A stretch of DNA of 64,000 nt, counting the filler, from Basidioascus undulatus (lineage: Eukaryota), in assembly GCA_000826855.1 (NCBI GenBank). It is 4 parts of 4 records of this genome, joined end to end, with 100 filler letters (N's around TTAATTAATTAA, not from the genome) between each part and the next. Parts side by side here need not be neighbours in the genome. Positions count along the whole stretch, not along the records: positions 16,506 to 32,895 come from JTLS01000587.1; positions 32,996 to 49,358 come from JTLS01000588.1; 2 more parts are not named here. One strand, given 5' to 3'. The position numbers were made by a program, and so were the translations under genes. Shown piece after piece: positions 26,831 to 39,873 of this stretch. Each line of letters begins with the position of its first letter. The stretch's first letter is position 1. The notes under the pieces were generated by a model. That model made no database searches and was not told the DNA's origin. It saw nothing but the letters and a program-made list of their open reading frames with translations.

Positions 26831-27714
26831 AGTTAGTGTGTGCACACAGCTCTGGTGTGGAGTAATACGGGGCTGAAGGGAGAGAGTGGAAGAAGTAATT
26901 AGTGGGGAAACACACCAACGCATGCGCAGCCGAACGCCTGCGCACTCACATGCTCGGCGGCGCGAGCCGCCAGTCAAAAAAGTGCTGAAGATGCAGAGGG
27001 TCCGCTTAGCAGGAATGCAGGAGCAAGAAAATAATAAGAGGAAACGCACCTGAACAGTTTGCACAGCTGCAAAGAAACGGAGCTGTCAGCAACACACTCG
27101 ACGTGCAGCAGTCGAACTCGCTCATGCTCGCAACGATGCCGAGAAAGCGCTTTTCGCGAGGCCGGGCCTTGTCCATCCGGAGGCTTTGCGGAGCGATTCT
27201 CACGACTGTTTGTTTTTTTATGTTGATGAGAGAAAAGAATGTTTCCGAAAGCGAGGGGTTCGATAAGACAAGCCGACTTAGTTTACCATGCTCCCTTTGG
27301 TTCCGCTATCCGACGCTCCACCTAGCTTTGGCACCCAGAAGAGCTTTTGGGGTTCGGAGGGCGTCAGGATGGCTTTCAGAGTGCAATAGGAGAAGCGTAA
27401 ACATGAATAAGGGTACATGCAGACTGTACCCAGTGACCTGTGACGCCAACTGAACACGGAGTGCCGACGTTCGGAGACTGTTCGGAAATTTTGGTGTTTA
27501 GAAAAGCTGAATAGCGTCCTATTAGATTTTACAGATGGCTAAAGACTGAGCGGTGGACCTCCCCTGTAGTCAAGACGGGCGGCGAGCCACACGACAGCTT
27601 CGACTGGTGTCAAGATTAAATACTCCCTTTGCAGCCAGCATATCTCACTCATGCCACGTGAAACCGAGCACCCACCAGCACCGCGAATAAGTAAATCCAT
27701 GCGCGAAGTTCGTC

Positions 27715-30700
27715 TCAGTTCGTCTCAAGTCGTGAACGTCCCCAACCCAGCGGATCGAGCCACCGTCCGCCTCCCTCCCTCGCCCATTGCGGCGGTGGAG
27801 CAGCCTGTCCTTGCTCCTCCGCCTCCTCCGCCTCCTCCTCCCTTTCGGCCTCGACAAGCTCGGCCTCATCCGCAACTTTCGCCTCTTCAGCGTCCCGCCG
27901 CTTCTGCGCTTCAGCAGCACGCTGTGCGATGACTATGAGAGCGTCGAGGGACCCTGCGGAGCGCACGGGAGTGACAATGTGTTCAGCGGGATGGCGCGAG
28001 TGCGAGGGGATAGCTGGTCAAGGCTCACTTTCGTAACTGCGCACCCAGAGCATCTACGCGAATTGCGATTTCGCATCAGCATCGATTAGCTTCAACTCCT
28101 AGCAAGAGCGGCGCACTCGTCGAGTAGCATCATCCTCGAGCGCGTCGTCCAGGACTTCCTTCGGGAGATGCCTGACACGAGGATCCCGACGCAGGAGCGA
28201 GCCAAGGTCCTGCGCTGTTCCGGCGGAGGTGCCATGCTCTGCGAAGTACTGCAGATGTGTCGACGTGTCAGATTCCGGTCAATCAAAGGCAGCGACTGGA
28301 ATCAGACGCACTTCTAGTTGCTATACAAAGCAGGGATAACACCAGCATGTCAAACTTCCGCCCAGCGTCGCTCAACCCGCAAAATAACAACGCACCGCAT
28401 GAAAATCCTGTGCGACCTTCAGGAGTTTTTCGGGCAGTCTGCGCTCTTCCGCCTCTTCCCGCGCGCGCGCATCCTCATCCACAAGAGAGCAGGAGCGCGG
28501 ATCGCGCTCCTCCTCGCGCCCAGTCGGGTACTGCGGGACTTGCTCGTCGTCCCCGTCACCGACGTCGCCCTCGCGGGGATGCAGCAGACGCTTGAGCGCG
28601 TGCGAGACGGACTTGCTGTGCAGCGCTTGGCGGTACCGCGCGGTCCAGGCTTCGCCGAGCACTGCGGGTTGCGTGCGTTCCGATATCAGCGTACCAATAA
28701 GAGGAGGCGAAATAAAAGGGAAAGGGGGGATGGGGTAAAAGAGACAAACCGGTAACGAGGATGGCTGTTCCACCCGCATAGCTCAGCGCTTGATCTCGGA
28801 AGCTCGAACCATGAAAACAGTACGCACTCATTGTAGAGATTCCGAGCAGTGACCAAACGAGGAAGAACGCCCGCCCGCCCGCAGTCTTCGGCGAAAAATC
28901 GCCATAGCTGTCGTCGCGTCCTTATCAGCCATTGCGCCTTCAGATGGACCGCTAAGAAACACTGACCCAACTGTGGAGAAGTACGTGAAAGCGAAGTACA
29001 GGCTGTTGAAGTAGCTCCATCCTGTTCGATCAAAGCACATGAGTCCGCGGACGCAATGAGAGAGTGGGGGTGGACAGACCTTCTGTCGCCATAAACACCG
29101 CTGCGCCGAACAACCAGAACATGAAGAACAGCCCAAACGCAGTCCCAATCTATCTTACCCCCATCAAACCCTAAGCCATCCCACTCCCCCTCCTCTTTCG
29201 CTCCCTAGCCTAACGCACCTTCGCCGCGTACTCCTGCCTTTCCTGCCTCTCCATCTTCCTCCTTAAAGCCTTCCACGATTCCTCCTCCTCTTCTTCTCCA
29301 GGCTTCCCGCTCCCACCTCCGTCGGGCTGCAGTTGCACCGCCCCCGTCGCTGCCCGCCTCAGGCTCGCGCCGAACGATGACACGCGGCGGCGCAGGCTGT
29401 GCTGTCTGTGCCGGCGCGCGAGGACGGCGCGCCGCCTGCGGAAACTGTTCTCAAAGGACTCGAGGATCGTTTCGCGCGCCATGGCGATGCCGAGACCGAC
29501 GGTAACGATACCGCCGGTTATGTAGATGAAACCCCAGCTGCACGTGGGGCGTCAGAGGAGGGAGGAACGGGCTGTGGGATGGAAGGGTGGCGCACGTTTT
29601 GGCATACCACGTTTTCTGTGATCATCCCGCCCATGAGAACGGTTCGAGCTTCTGAGTGGGGGACGGCACAAAAGAGAACTCACGGGAACGATATCCCCAA
29701 ATCCCACAGACGTAATCGAGCAGATGACGACTGCCCATCCCGTCCCGTCCCTCGCACATCAGCACCGTCACCCTCCTTGTAACTAGCCCACCAGCACCAC
29801 CCACGTACAGTACAGAGCCTCCTCGTACTTGAGTCCCATCAAGAAGCAGTCCACGAGCGCGCCGAGCGCGATGTACGAGAGGAGGACCATCACGATGATC
29901 ACGAGCCGGCGCTGCTTGGGGGTGATGCCGGAGCCTGCCGTCCACCCCCCAGCTCAGGACAAGAAGGCGAAGTCGCAGGGGAAGGGGGGGAGTGAGCGGA
30001 ACGACGGACCGGCCCGACGAAGGCTCCGTACGCTTTGGTAGTCGTAGATGAGCAGCAGGTTGGTGAGCGTCGAGACTACTGTGCTGGACACTGTCGTCCA
30101 GTACGCCTGGCGAGGTGGTGATATGCAGATTAGCGGAACGCTTTCTGACAGAGTGTGTGCAGGGGAGTGGGGCGCACCTCTCCGAATTCGCCGACGACGC
30201 TGTTGTATGTGAATATGACCCCGAACGAGATGATCTGTTGCCGAACCGCTGTCAGTTCGCGCCGCTGGCCTGTGACCCCATTTCAAGTTGCGACTGACAG
30301 CGGCGAGGTTGATGACATCTAGCACATAAACTGATCTGAGCACGACGCTCTAGGGTTGAGAATTTCGGAGGAGGCGCACCATGTGTAGTCAGCGCCGCAA
30401 TCGCAACGATAGTCGATACCTTCGTCCTGCGCTCCAGAAAGCGCATGCACAGCGCCGCATTGGCGACGACCGCGGAGAAGAGGCTCAGTCCCAGCCCGAT
30501 ATCCAGCACTATCCGCCCATCCCTCTTCCCATCGTCAGTTCAGCTGAACCCACAGAAGCTGGGGAAGAGATGGAAGGAGCGAACGCACAGACAGGATTGT
30601 TCCTGTACGACACGGTCCGGAGCGCGCCAGACTCGGGATCCCGCTCTTGTCGGATGTACCAACTCTCGACTATGCCGCCTATCTCGAGGAGGATGGAGAA

Positions 30701-31058
30701 GGGGACGACGCTGGGGGAGGGGAAGGAGTTTGAGAAGGAGGGGCGGTTGGAGGTGGGTCGGGGACGCACATCCCGCAGATGAGGGGGGACCATCTGCCCC
30801 AGCCCTCCATTTCTCAGGACTACTCTTTGGTGTGTAAAAGTGAGTAGGGCAAAGAGGGGCGCACCGATATGTCGGCGCATAGACGACCTCCTCCTCCTGC
30901 CCCTCATGATGCACCTGCGTCTTCTCCCGCGCAAAGCGCGCAAGGCCGTTCGCCAGGCGCCAACTCCCGAATATCCCGCGGGGGGACCACCCCGCCTCTT
31001 TGCGTGCGACCGCAGGGCTGGGCAAGCAATCAGAAGATGATGGGGAGGGCGAGGGCAT
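27715..31058 (-). CDS. TOK1: TOK1-like two-pore outward-rectifying K+ channel
   Basis: VVPFSILLEIGG, MRFLERR, GSGITPKQRRLVIIVM; pore 1 SITSVGFGDIVP; pore 2 YFAFTYFSTVG/YGDFSPKTAGGRAFFLVWSLLG; C-terminal exons, including a 9-nt micro-exon, run to TGA at 27715. Confidence 0.9.
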
Positions 31059-31639
31059 GCCGGCCGCGTCGAGGGGGGAAGCGGAAGACGAGGCGTCGGA
31101 AACGACGGAGGGGTGAAGGCCGCCCCGCTCGAATGGTAGGGAATTAAAGGGTGCTGGGATTCAACTTGAACGAGAGTTGGGAGATGCGAGTGAGGTTTTG
31201 AGGACGAGGCCGGGCGGCAAAGGGGCCCGAGGGCCTCACAGGGGCGGCCACAACTTGGGAGGTGAACGTGCGGCTGCTGACTGCTGCGTTGGAGTTGGGC
31301 TACTCAGTTCAGGAGAGAGTGCTAGCGATACTATCGCAGAGGTGTGACAGACCGATTTGTGCGGTTGATGACGGGCTATTCGATGGTTCAGGATGGATGA
31401 GGCGGTATGTTCGCAGTGAAGATGGTGGGAGCGGGGACAAGGCGCGTTATCTGCCTCCGATTTCCACCTAAACTTGCAACATTTTGCGACATTTTGATTA
31501 TGATAATGCTAGGCACAGTCACGTCGCCGATGACAAAGTGGCTGCGAAGTACCTAAGTGGCACACCATCAGTGGCATTGATCCTCTGATTGAGCTCGGAG
31601 GAGGCGCGGTGCGTCTTCTGTCTTCCTCCTCGCTCATCA

Positions 31640-32370
31640 TCATGTAACTCCCTCTTCACCAACCACCACCCCTTCAACCCCTCATGCACTCCTCTTCTTC
31701 GCCCCCAACCTCCCGGCGTCCCCCGACCCCGCACCTCCTCCCCGCACAACACACCGACATCCCGTTCCTGCATCCATCTTCATAGCAGGGCTCAACGTGT
31801 CCCCCCCGACCGGGCGCTCGCGGACGAGATCTACGTGCTCGAGCGGGACCCGCGCCCGATGGGAAGCTCGCGCGGCGGTTCAAGCGCCAGTTGGAGGATG
31901 AGGACTTGTGGGTCGCGGAGGTAAGGGGCGAGGGTGGGCGGGTACGTCGCGTGGTTCAATCCGAGGGTGGATGTGGGGCCGGAGAACGAGGTGTACAAGC
32001 CTGGGGAGGTGCGTTGGCTGTTCTTCCCCTTGGAAGCGCAAAGCAGAACTAAACCACTTCGCCAGATAACGTACCTCTCCTACCACGGCCTCGGCCTCGG
32101 CTCAGCACTCATCGCGCGCGCCCAGTCAGACGCGTCTGCCGCACTTCGCGAGCTGCCCCTGCCCGCGCCTTCCTCCCAGATGAGGCAGTCGCGCTTCTCG
32201 TTCACTGCTTTGCGCGTAACGCGCCGGGTGTGCGCGTGTACGAGCGACGGGGGTTTGTGGACCAGCGCAGGGACTGGGATGCCGGTGCGAGGGAGGAGGG
32301 CGTGTGGCTGGAGTGACGCGTCCCCCCGGAAGAGGATGGGGAAGGGATAGATGGATTGGACGGATAGGAA
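31640..32370 (+). pseudogene. GNAT N-acetyltransferase pseudogene
   Basis: LWVAEV/RVGGYVAW, motif A YHGLGLGSALI and motif B VHCFARNAPGVRVYERRGF are spread over at least three frameshifts. Boundaries approximate. Confidence 0.72.
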
Positions 32371-32570
32371 GGGGCGGATGGGTTTGTGGAGTGGCAGACA
32401 GCTCACTTCCACGCATTCTCGGTTGTCCAACCGGCAGTTAGTTCACTTTTACGCATACTCGACCGCGTTCAAACCTCCCATTCGATCGCGAAGTCGCAAC
32501 CACTTTCAAGCCATTCCATTCAATCACGACGCACTATTTACCACTCACACTCTCCTCTCACACCGCACTC

Positions 32571-32895
32571 TCACTGCACATCCACCTTATGCCCGCCCTC
32601 CGCCTGCCCCTTCTTCGGCACGCGCACCTTCAGAATCCCATTCCTAAGCTCCGCCTTCGCGCCGCTCGGGTCGACCGGCTCAGGCAGCGAAAGCACGCGC
32701 GCGTACTCGCGCAGGAAGCGCGTCGACGGCCCCGCCGTCGTGGACGTCGTCACTGTTCGAGGGATCCGCGCATCATCGTCCAGGTCGTCTTTTGCTTTTG
32801 TTCAACTCGTCGGGAGAGGGAGGGGAGGGAAGAGGAAGGGGGGGCGGGCGGAAGAGAAATCGTCACGGTAAGTGATCTGCCACTCTTATTGCATC
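32571..32895 (-). CDS. Small heat-shock protein (HSP20/alpha-crystallin), 3' exon only; 5' part lost at contig end
   Basis: YARVLSLPEPVDPSGAKAELRNGILKVRVPK...KVDVQ* (AxLxNGxL motif plus V-x-V tail). Confidence 0.85.
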
Positions 32896-32995
32896 NNNNN
32901 NNNNNNNNNNNNNNNNNNNNNNNNNNNNNNNNNNNNNNNTTAATTAATTAANNNNNNNNNNNNNNNNNNNNNNNNNNNNNNNNNNNNNNNNNNNN
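32896..32995. other. Artificial contig spacer
   Basis: N44-TTAATTAATTAA-N44. Confidence 0.98.
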
Positions 32996-34531
32996 GGACA
33001 AAGGCGAGCTTGTGGCAGCTTCGGGGGCTGGGCCCGCCAGAGGATGAGGTGTCGGCGTCGATGACTGCGAAAGGGAAGACGCATTAGTACCCTGGAAGAC
33101 GCTGTATAGAGGGGAAAAGACTAGACGAACGCGTCCACGTCTCCGTCGCGCAGTCGAAACGCCAGAGGTCCGCCAAATCCTTCTCGCCATCATAACCCCC
33201 AAACATCCAGATCGCATCTGCTCCCTTCCTACCCCATCAGCACCTGGGTCGCCCCTCCGCGCCATCCCCACACGCACCGTTCTCCCCATCCCAGCACATC
33301 TGATGCCCCCCTCTTCCCCTAGGCCAGATCTCCTCCCTGCCCGCCTCCCACTCCCCGTCGATGCGCCTCCACCGCGCCTTGGGCGGAACCCGGGCGATGT
33401 ACTCCGCGAACCACCCCTCCCGCGCAGCTTGGTCGAGCAGCGCCTCCGCCGCGTCCCAGTCCGCCCCCGTCCCGTCCGACGAGACGATTGCCGAGTGCAG
33501 CGACGTTAGGAGCGGGATCTCGAGCTGCACGTGCGGGGAGGAGGACTGCAGCGCGGTGAAGGCTGCGAGCTGGTTCGAGCGCCGCAGGTGCGCAAGGATG
33601 AGGCGTGTGGTTTGGGATGAGCAATACTGTGCCAGCACAAACCCGTGTATCAGTTAGTGTCACAGAGCAGACACAGATGTGGGTATCGAACAGGAGAGCA
33701 TGCGCACCGAAGCGTACTCTGCGGTCACATTCGCGACTACCCCCGGGTCCGCAAGGCCCGCGAGCGAGACGTGCCAGATGCTCGGCATGAACTGCGGCGA
33801 GTGCGTGTCGATAGGGACGATCTTGACGTATTCGCTCGGGAACGCCTGCCGCCCACCTCCATCCTCTCAGCCACAGGCTCCTACCTCAACCTCAACCAGA
33901 TCAGACTGCACGCACCACGCCGTCCCTGTTCTTCCACCTGCACTCAAACGTCTCCGATATGCCCGAATTGTTCAGCTGCCCAGAGAGGACCTCCGTGAGC
34001 TTGTCCGGCGCTGGGCCGGCGTAGACTGCGAATGCACGGATGTTGGACGCGTGTTCTGCGAGCGGACCATCAGCCTGGCCTGCCCTGCCCAAGTATCGGC
34101 TAAGGAACCCTACGGCGGCAGTGCTTCCCGAACGTGATTTTTCCTGTCCACCGATCCATCCCCAGCATGAGCAACCCAAGCTCCCCAACAGCCAGACACG
34201 AACGAGACTCACTCAACACGCTCTTCTCCGTCAACCTCAGCAGCAGCCACTGCTCCGCGTAGCCCTCCTTCGGCCGCGCTGCGGCCCAGCGGGAATTGAC
34301 GTCGGCGGAGTTGTCCACGAGAATCCTGTCCGGCGGGAACTGAGGGTTGTAGCTGGACGCGCTTGCGACGGTGTACGGCAGCGTCTTTGAGGAGTGAGAC
34401 GCGAGGAGGTCCCCGCTGCCGGGAGTCGGGCTCATGAGCGCGGAAGCGGTATGTGAGCTCCGAGGATTAGCGCTGGGTACACGATCGGTAGAAATAGAGG
34501 TGGGAGGGGCGCGTTCGATGGCGGAGCTCAT
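32996..34531 (-). CDS. Muskelin-like protein (discoidin, LisH, CTLH, first kelch repeat); 3' truncated by contig end
   Basis: LPYTVASASSYNPQFPPDRILVDN...SRW, QWLLLRL, KITFGK, YVKIVP...SIWHVSLAG, RLILAHLRR, PRGRGGHQMC. Confidence 0.88.
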
Positions 34532-34785
34532 GGGGATGTTGAGGTTCAAGGCGAAATGACGCAAGGAGGTCGCGTGGCCAGCGCGTCGCTCCTCTGGCTG
34601 GCTGTCACGTGAAATCGAATCGATATCACTAAAAGATTGGGTGGAGCACATTGTATTACAACGGCGAGGCTCAGCAAAGCGAGAAAAGAAATCAACACAA
34701 AAGCAGTAAAGCAGCGTAGCGCGTCAAAGCGCAAAAAGAGTACAAGCACACAACGATCCCCCTGCAGCCCCTCCCTCCCTCGCTC

Positions 34786-37700
34786 CTACTCATCCCGCCT
34801 CATGCTCCCCGGGACTCGGTACTTGGTGCTGTACTCGAACTTCTGAGTGAGCACGCCGTCGAGGATGGCCTCGTGCGTGAAGATGGGCACGGGCGCGTCA
34901 CGCTGCTCCGCGAGCGGCTTCCAGATCTTCTTGTCCGCCTCGCACGAGACGACGATGCGGCGCGTGTACCCCTTCTCCACCGGGCGGCCGAAGATGCGCG
35001 GAGTGGGGGTCGTCTTGGTCGCCTGTGTGGAGCACATCAGCGATGGGCCCGACTAACACGCGGAAGTAGACATGAGGGAGAGAGGGGGATGGAGGAGGAG
35101 AGATTTACAGCGCCCCCGGCGGACTTGATGATGCTCCGGAGGATGTCGAACGTTGGCGAGACGCTCGGCGTGATGTAGACGAGGTGGCCCTGGAGGACCT
35201 TCTTCTTGCTCGCCTTGTCGAGCGCCTCGCGGAGGTTGAACCCGTACCGCTCCTCGCTCTCCTCGTCCTTAAGCATGTACGGCTCCTCGTCTGCTCCCTC
35301 ACCCGTCAAAATCAGTTCCCACTTTCTCTTGCAAGGGCATAGAAATAACGGCAGGAGAAACACGCACCGACGAACTCCCCCTTCTTGACGCACTCGACTA
35401 CCCACTGCTGGTTGACAATCTTGGGCGCGTGCGATATCGAAGTAAGGAACTTCTCGGTGCGGGAGATGCCCTTAGCGACAAGGTGCGTCGGTGTGCCATC
35501 CGCCCTTTCGAGGATGCGCGCGCCGAGCTTCTTCAGCTTCTGCTCGGGACCACATCCCACATCCTTCAGCGGTGCAGTGGGAGGAGGAAATGACCACCAC
35601 GCACCTTGCTCTGCGCGTCCGTGAGCGTGACCCCAGTCGTGAGGATCGCGACTTTGCGCTTCGGCCCTGTAGAGGCGCCGGCACCGGCGCGGGAGGTCGA
35701 TGCGGGCGGGCGGAGATCGAGGTCCTCAAGGTCGAGCGCCGAGAGGCCGTGTTTCCTTCTGTTCCTTTACCACAACCAAATCAGCTTTCACTTTCCCCTC
35801 AATCAGCGAGAGCACACGCACCCCTTAAGCTTCGTCTCGACCTCCTCCTTCTGCCCCCGTGTAGCCTTCACCTTCCTTTGCTCCTCCTCTTCATCCTCCT
35901 CCTCATCGCCGCTCTGTGCCGTACTGGAGCTCTCGCCCTTGTCCTCCTCCTCCTGCCCGTCGCTCTCCACCTTCCTCCGCCTCGGCCTCGGGCTCCCCCG
36001 GTCCTCCTCCTCCTCCCACGCGCGCCCCTTGCCCTTCTTCAAGTCACGCTTCTCCTTCTCCCACTTGACCATGTCCTCCCCGGCCTCATGCAACGCCTTC
36101 GTCGCGCTCAGCGCCGCCGCGCGGCTGCTCGGGCGGCGCGACGAGCCCGTCCCCGGGCCCGCGTGGCCGTCTTCCGGGGGCGCGGGCATGCGCGGCGTCG
36201 TGGTCGGGGACGACGAAGGCGATTGGCGCGCCCGCTTCGACTTCGCAGCGGGCGTGTCTTCGGGCGGAGGCGGGGAGGACCCGCGCTTCTTGCTGCTCCG
36301 CGCGGGGGGCTCGACGAAGCTGCCGGAGTTGCGCCCTGGTCCGGGCTTCTGCTTCTGGCGTTTGTCGACCTTGACGGGCGACTCCAATTCGGGGCGCACG
36401 TCCGCACCGGCAGCGGAAGCGGTAGAGCGCGACTTCTTGAGCGGGCCCGCCCCGTCCTCCTCCGCGCTCGTCGGGCGGGTCTTCTTGGGGCGCTTGGGCT
36501 CGTCGACCTCCTCATCGCGCGAGGCAGACCGGGAGCTCGTCGGCCGCATCTTCTTGGGGCGCGCGTCCTCGTCCTCCTCCTCGTCCTCCGCGCGCTCATC
36601 CTCGTCCACGTCGATCGGCTCCGCCGCCGAGCCCTTGCGGGGCGGCGCGGGACGCTTGGACTTGGACTTAAACTTGGGGGGCTCGACGGTCATGTCGCCC
36701 TCCTCCATCTCCTCGTCCTCGTCCCCGTCCTGCTCCGCGCTCGTCGGCGCCCGCACGGGCGTCGCCTGTTTCCCAGCGGACGTGACGACGCTAGCGTGGA
36801 CGACGAGGGGCTGCTTCGGTTTCGACTTCGGCGCGGTGCTCTGCTGCGTGATCTGGGGGATCTCCGCGTCGACCTGCATCTCCTCGTCCTCACGCACCTC
36901 TGCGTCCTCCGTGTCCTCGCGCTCCTCCCCGCGCTCGTTCTCGTCCGCGACGTCCACCCACGGCGCGAGGTCCTCATCCGTGAGGACGTCCCTGCGGGCG
37001 AGGAGGCTCATGAAGTTGAACGCAGGGGACGAGTTGGTGTAGCGTGGGTTGCCGACGGTGCATGCCGTCCAGCGCTTGAAGCAGTCCTCCAGCCAGAGAT
37101 GGTTCACGACGGGGATGTTCCAGTCCGCGGCGCGCGCGACTTTCTCGCCGAACGTCCTGCCCCCGCATGTGCATGATAAGCATGGGAGCGCAAGGGAAGG
37201 GGAACGGGGAACCTACGTCGCTGCGATGACCTGCGTGTTTGCCTGCGTCATCGTCGCAGTGAACGTCCCGCCCATGACCCCGATGAGCGTCTTGAGGTAC
37301 TCGCGCGCGTTGCCCGTGTAGTTGGTGATGGTGATGGTCTGGCGTCCACGCTCGTGAAATGAGCACCTTTGGGTGAAGAGAAAACACGAAGCGGAGACAA
37401 ACATAATCTTCAAAACCCGGGATCGCGCCGCGAGGGTACGGATAGTGGAGGAGGTGGTCGCGCGGCGAGCGGAGGACGTTGTCGCGCAGGACTTGGTACA
37501 GCCACGGAAGGGTCGCGATGGTCTTCTTCTGGCGATAAGCCTGCCCGTCGCCACATGTCAGCGTCTCGCGCGTAGCCCCAGGGAAGTGAGCCGCCGGAGG
37601 CGCGCACCTGCAAGAACATCCTCCCCTCGCGATACTTCGTGATGAAGATGTCTGCGTCGTCCCATCCCTTGCGCTCGTCGACGACCTCGCCCCCCGCCTG

Positions 37701-39026
37701 CTCGATGCGTTCGCGCATCGTGCCGCGCACGAGGGGCGTGAGGCCGAGCTCGCTGTCGAGGCAGAGGCGCCTGCCCTCGAGGCAGCGGAGCTCCGCGTCC
37801 GGGCGTGGCAGGCGCGGCGGCTTCGTCGCCGGGTCGGGCGAGTACTGCGTGTGCATCACCGTACGGTAGAAGTCTTCCTGCTCCGCGCTGTTGCCCGGCT
37901 GCGGCGCGAGCGACTGCTCGAGCAGCTTCCCCGACGGGTCGGCGCGCGCGAGCGTGCGCATGAGCGGCGGGTCCGGGAAAAGGTACGTCGTTTCGTGGAT
38001 GTACTGCTTCACGGTGACGCAGTCGAGAATCCTAGGTGGGATGCGGAGTTAGACCCAGAGCGGTAATCGGAGTGGTGAGGGGCGCACCAGTGCGGAAGGA
38101 CGACCTTGATCCCCAGCTCGGCGTGCTCGACCGCCTTCTGGTGCTTCGCCTTATCCCCCGCTACCAGTCAGCCCTCGCTCTACGCTTCACAGGCGATAAC
38201 GCAGACCCACCCCGCCTGGACCGAGCGACACCAAGTGCGTGACCTCCTTGGTGAGCGGGGCGATCTTGCGTCCTCCGAAGGACTCGACAGCGGCGAAGAT
38301 GCTCTCCATGTCGGGCAGCTCGATCATCTGTAGGCCATCCCATGAGATACCGCCCACAAAGAAGGATTGCGGAAGGTGAATGGAACGCACGTCGTCGACG
38401 CAGACGCACATGCCCGAGAAGAACATGGCGGGGTCAGGCGAGTAGTAGCGGGGACTGCGGGCGTCACTGATGCTCAGCGGACGGCGCGGAGATGGGTAAT
38501 GAGGGAAGGAGGATAACGCACTCTTGCTTCCCGATCGCTACGGAGCGTTCCACCCACCTCGGCTGCACATCACCCACTCCGTCAGCCCAGCTCCGATATC
38601 CATCGTTTCAATTCGCGTGGGCGCTCGCCCGCAAACCACCACAGTCGCGCTTTGCCCCTTAGACGCGCCGGCGCAGTCTATCCTCACTGTCCTCCGAGAA
38701 ACTAGAGACGCACCGTAACGACATGAACCTTCTCCTTGTCGATGAGGTCGCGCTCGGGAAAGTCGAGCGTGTCGGTCACGAAGTGGGTGACCTCGTCCAC
38801 GTCGACTCTGCCTTCCCCATCCTTCGCCGGAGGCGCCTCGCTCGCGCCTCTAGCGTTCAGAAGCTCCTTGAGCTGCCCCAGCCTCTCCCCAGCGATCAGC
38901 TTGGCGACCCGGCGCGACGAACGGCGAGAGGGCAGTCCGCACCTCGTCGATGCGGTGCGGCGTCAGGGAGGAGTGGATGAAGTATTGGTAGCCCTCGAAC
39001 ACGCGGGCGTTGGCGCCCTTTGGCAT
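34786..39026 (-). CDS. Multi-BRCT DNA-damage scaffold (Rtt107/Brc1-like)
   Basis: YYSPDPAMFFSGMCVC, TKEVTHLV, ITITNYTGNAREYLKTLIGVMGGTFTATMT, VVNHLWLEDCF, long charged linker, THLVAKGISRTEKFL, IFTHEAILDGVLTQ. Confidence 0.88.
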
Positions 39027-39873
39027 TGTGAGTATGGAAGTATCGGTCCCGGGGAGTGTGGGGCTGGGCGCCGTAGATTGTGAGTGGGAAGGCGATCAAG
39101 AGGGGCGGGAGCAGCACGGCTGGAAGCGGCAGCAGGTCAAGACGCGTCCAAGGCGCGAGGCTGCGTTTGATTGCGCGCGTATCGATGTCCACATCCGGAT
39201 GCAGTGGTCTTTCCGTGCACCGTTCATCCGTCAGGGAGGCAGTTAGTCCGGCCTGGTGTGCCCTCATTCTCTGTCACCCCAATTGCCCTTTTCTACTTTA
39301 GGTTTCCCAGAAGCATACCATCATGATGCAAATAAGCAACTAATCTCGCTAGTCTCGTAGACGCGCTCTGCTGTTCAAAGTAATGCGGCACGCAGCGCTG
39401 GCTTGCTCGAAGAACAGATGACTTGTCTGAGGCGGTTTAACCATGTAGATACTTAAAATTAAACTTACAATGAATATTATAATTCCGTGAGGAGCAGAAA
39501 GGTTGGCTTTCCGAGTGAAAGAAGCGGACGGGACTGCCAGTTGGCAACAAGCTGATTGCTGTGCCCATGTATGCAAGTGCCTCGGAGTCCGAGAGGCAAC
39601 CTTCAGGCATAATTTTATTGAATTGTTATCAAAACTTCTTTACAGCAAGTCAATGATCGTGTCGAAAGGGTCGAAAGGGTTGCCACCGGTAGAGATGCGG
39701 GAAGCCAGCTGCAGGCCAGCCTGACATTGACACGCTGCCTTCCCTGCATTCGCGCGCCTGTCTAGCAGACTCAACAGCTCACGTTGCCGCTTGCCCTCAT
39801 CCACCCTTCCGCTCGCTACAGTCTGCACCCCATCGGGACTGGTCTCCAGAGCGCGCATACGCTCTAGCTGGCC

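Noticed and set aside
27645..28286. Apparent separate acidic coiled-coil gene downstream of TOK
   Set aside because: Splices in frame onto TOK as its C-terminal exons.
35491..37176. 561-aa and 478-aa plus-strand ORFs
   Set aside because: Antisense to the low-complexity linker exon of the BRCT gene.
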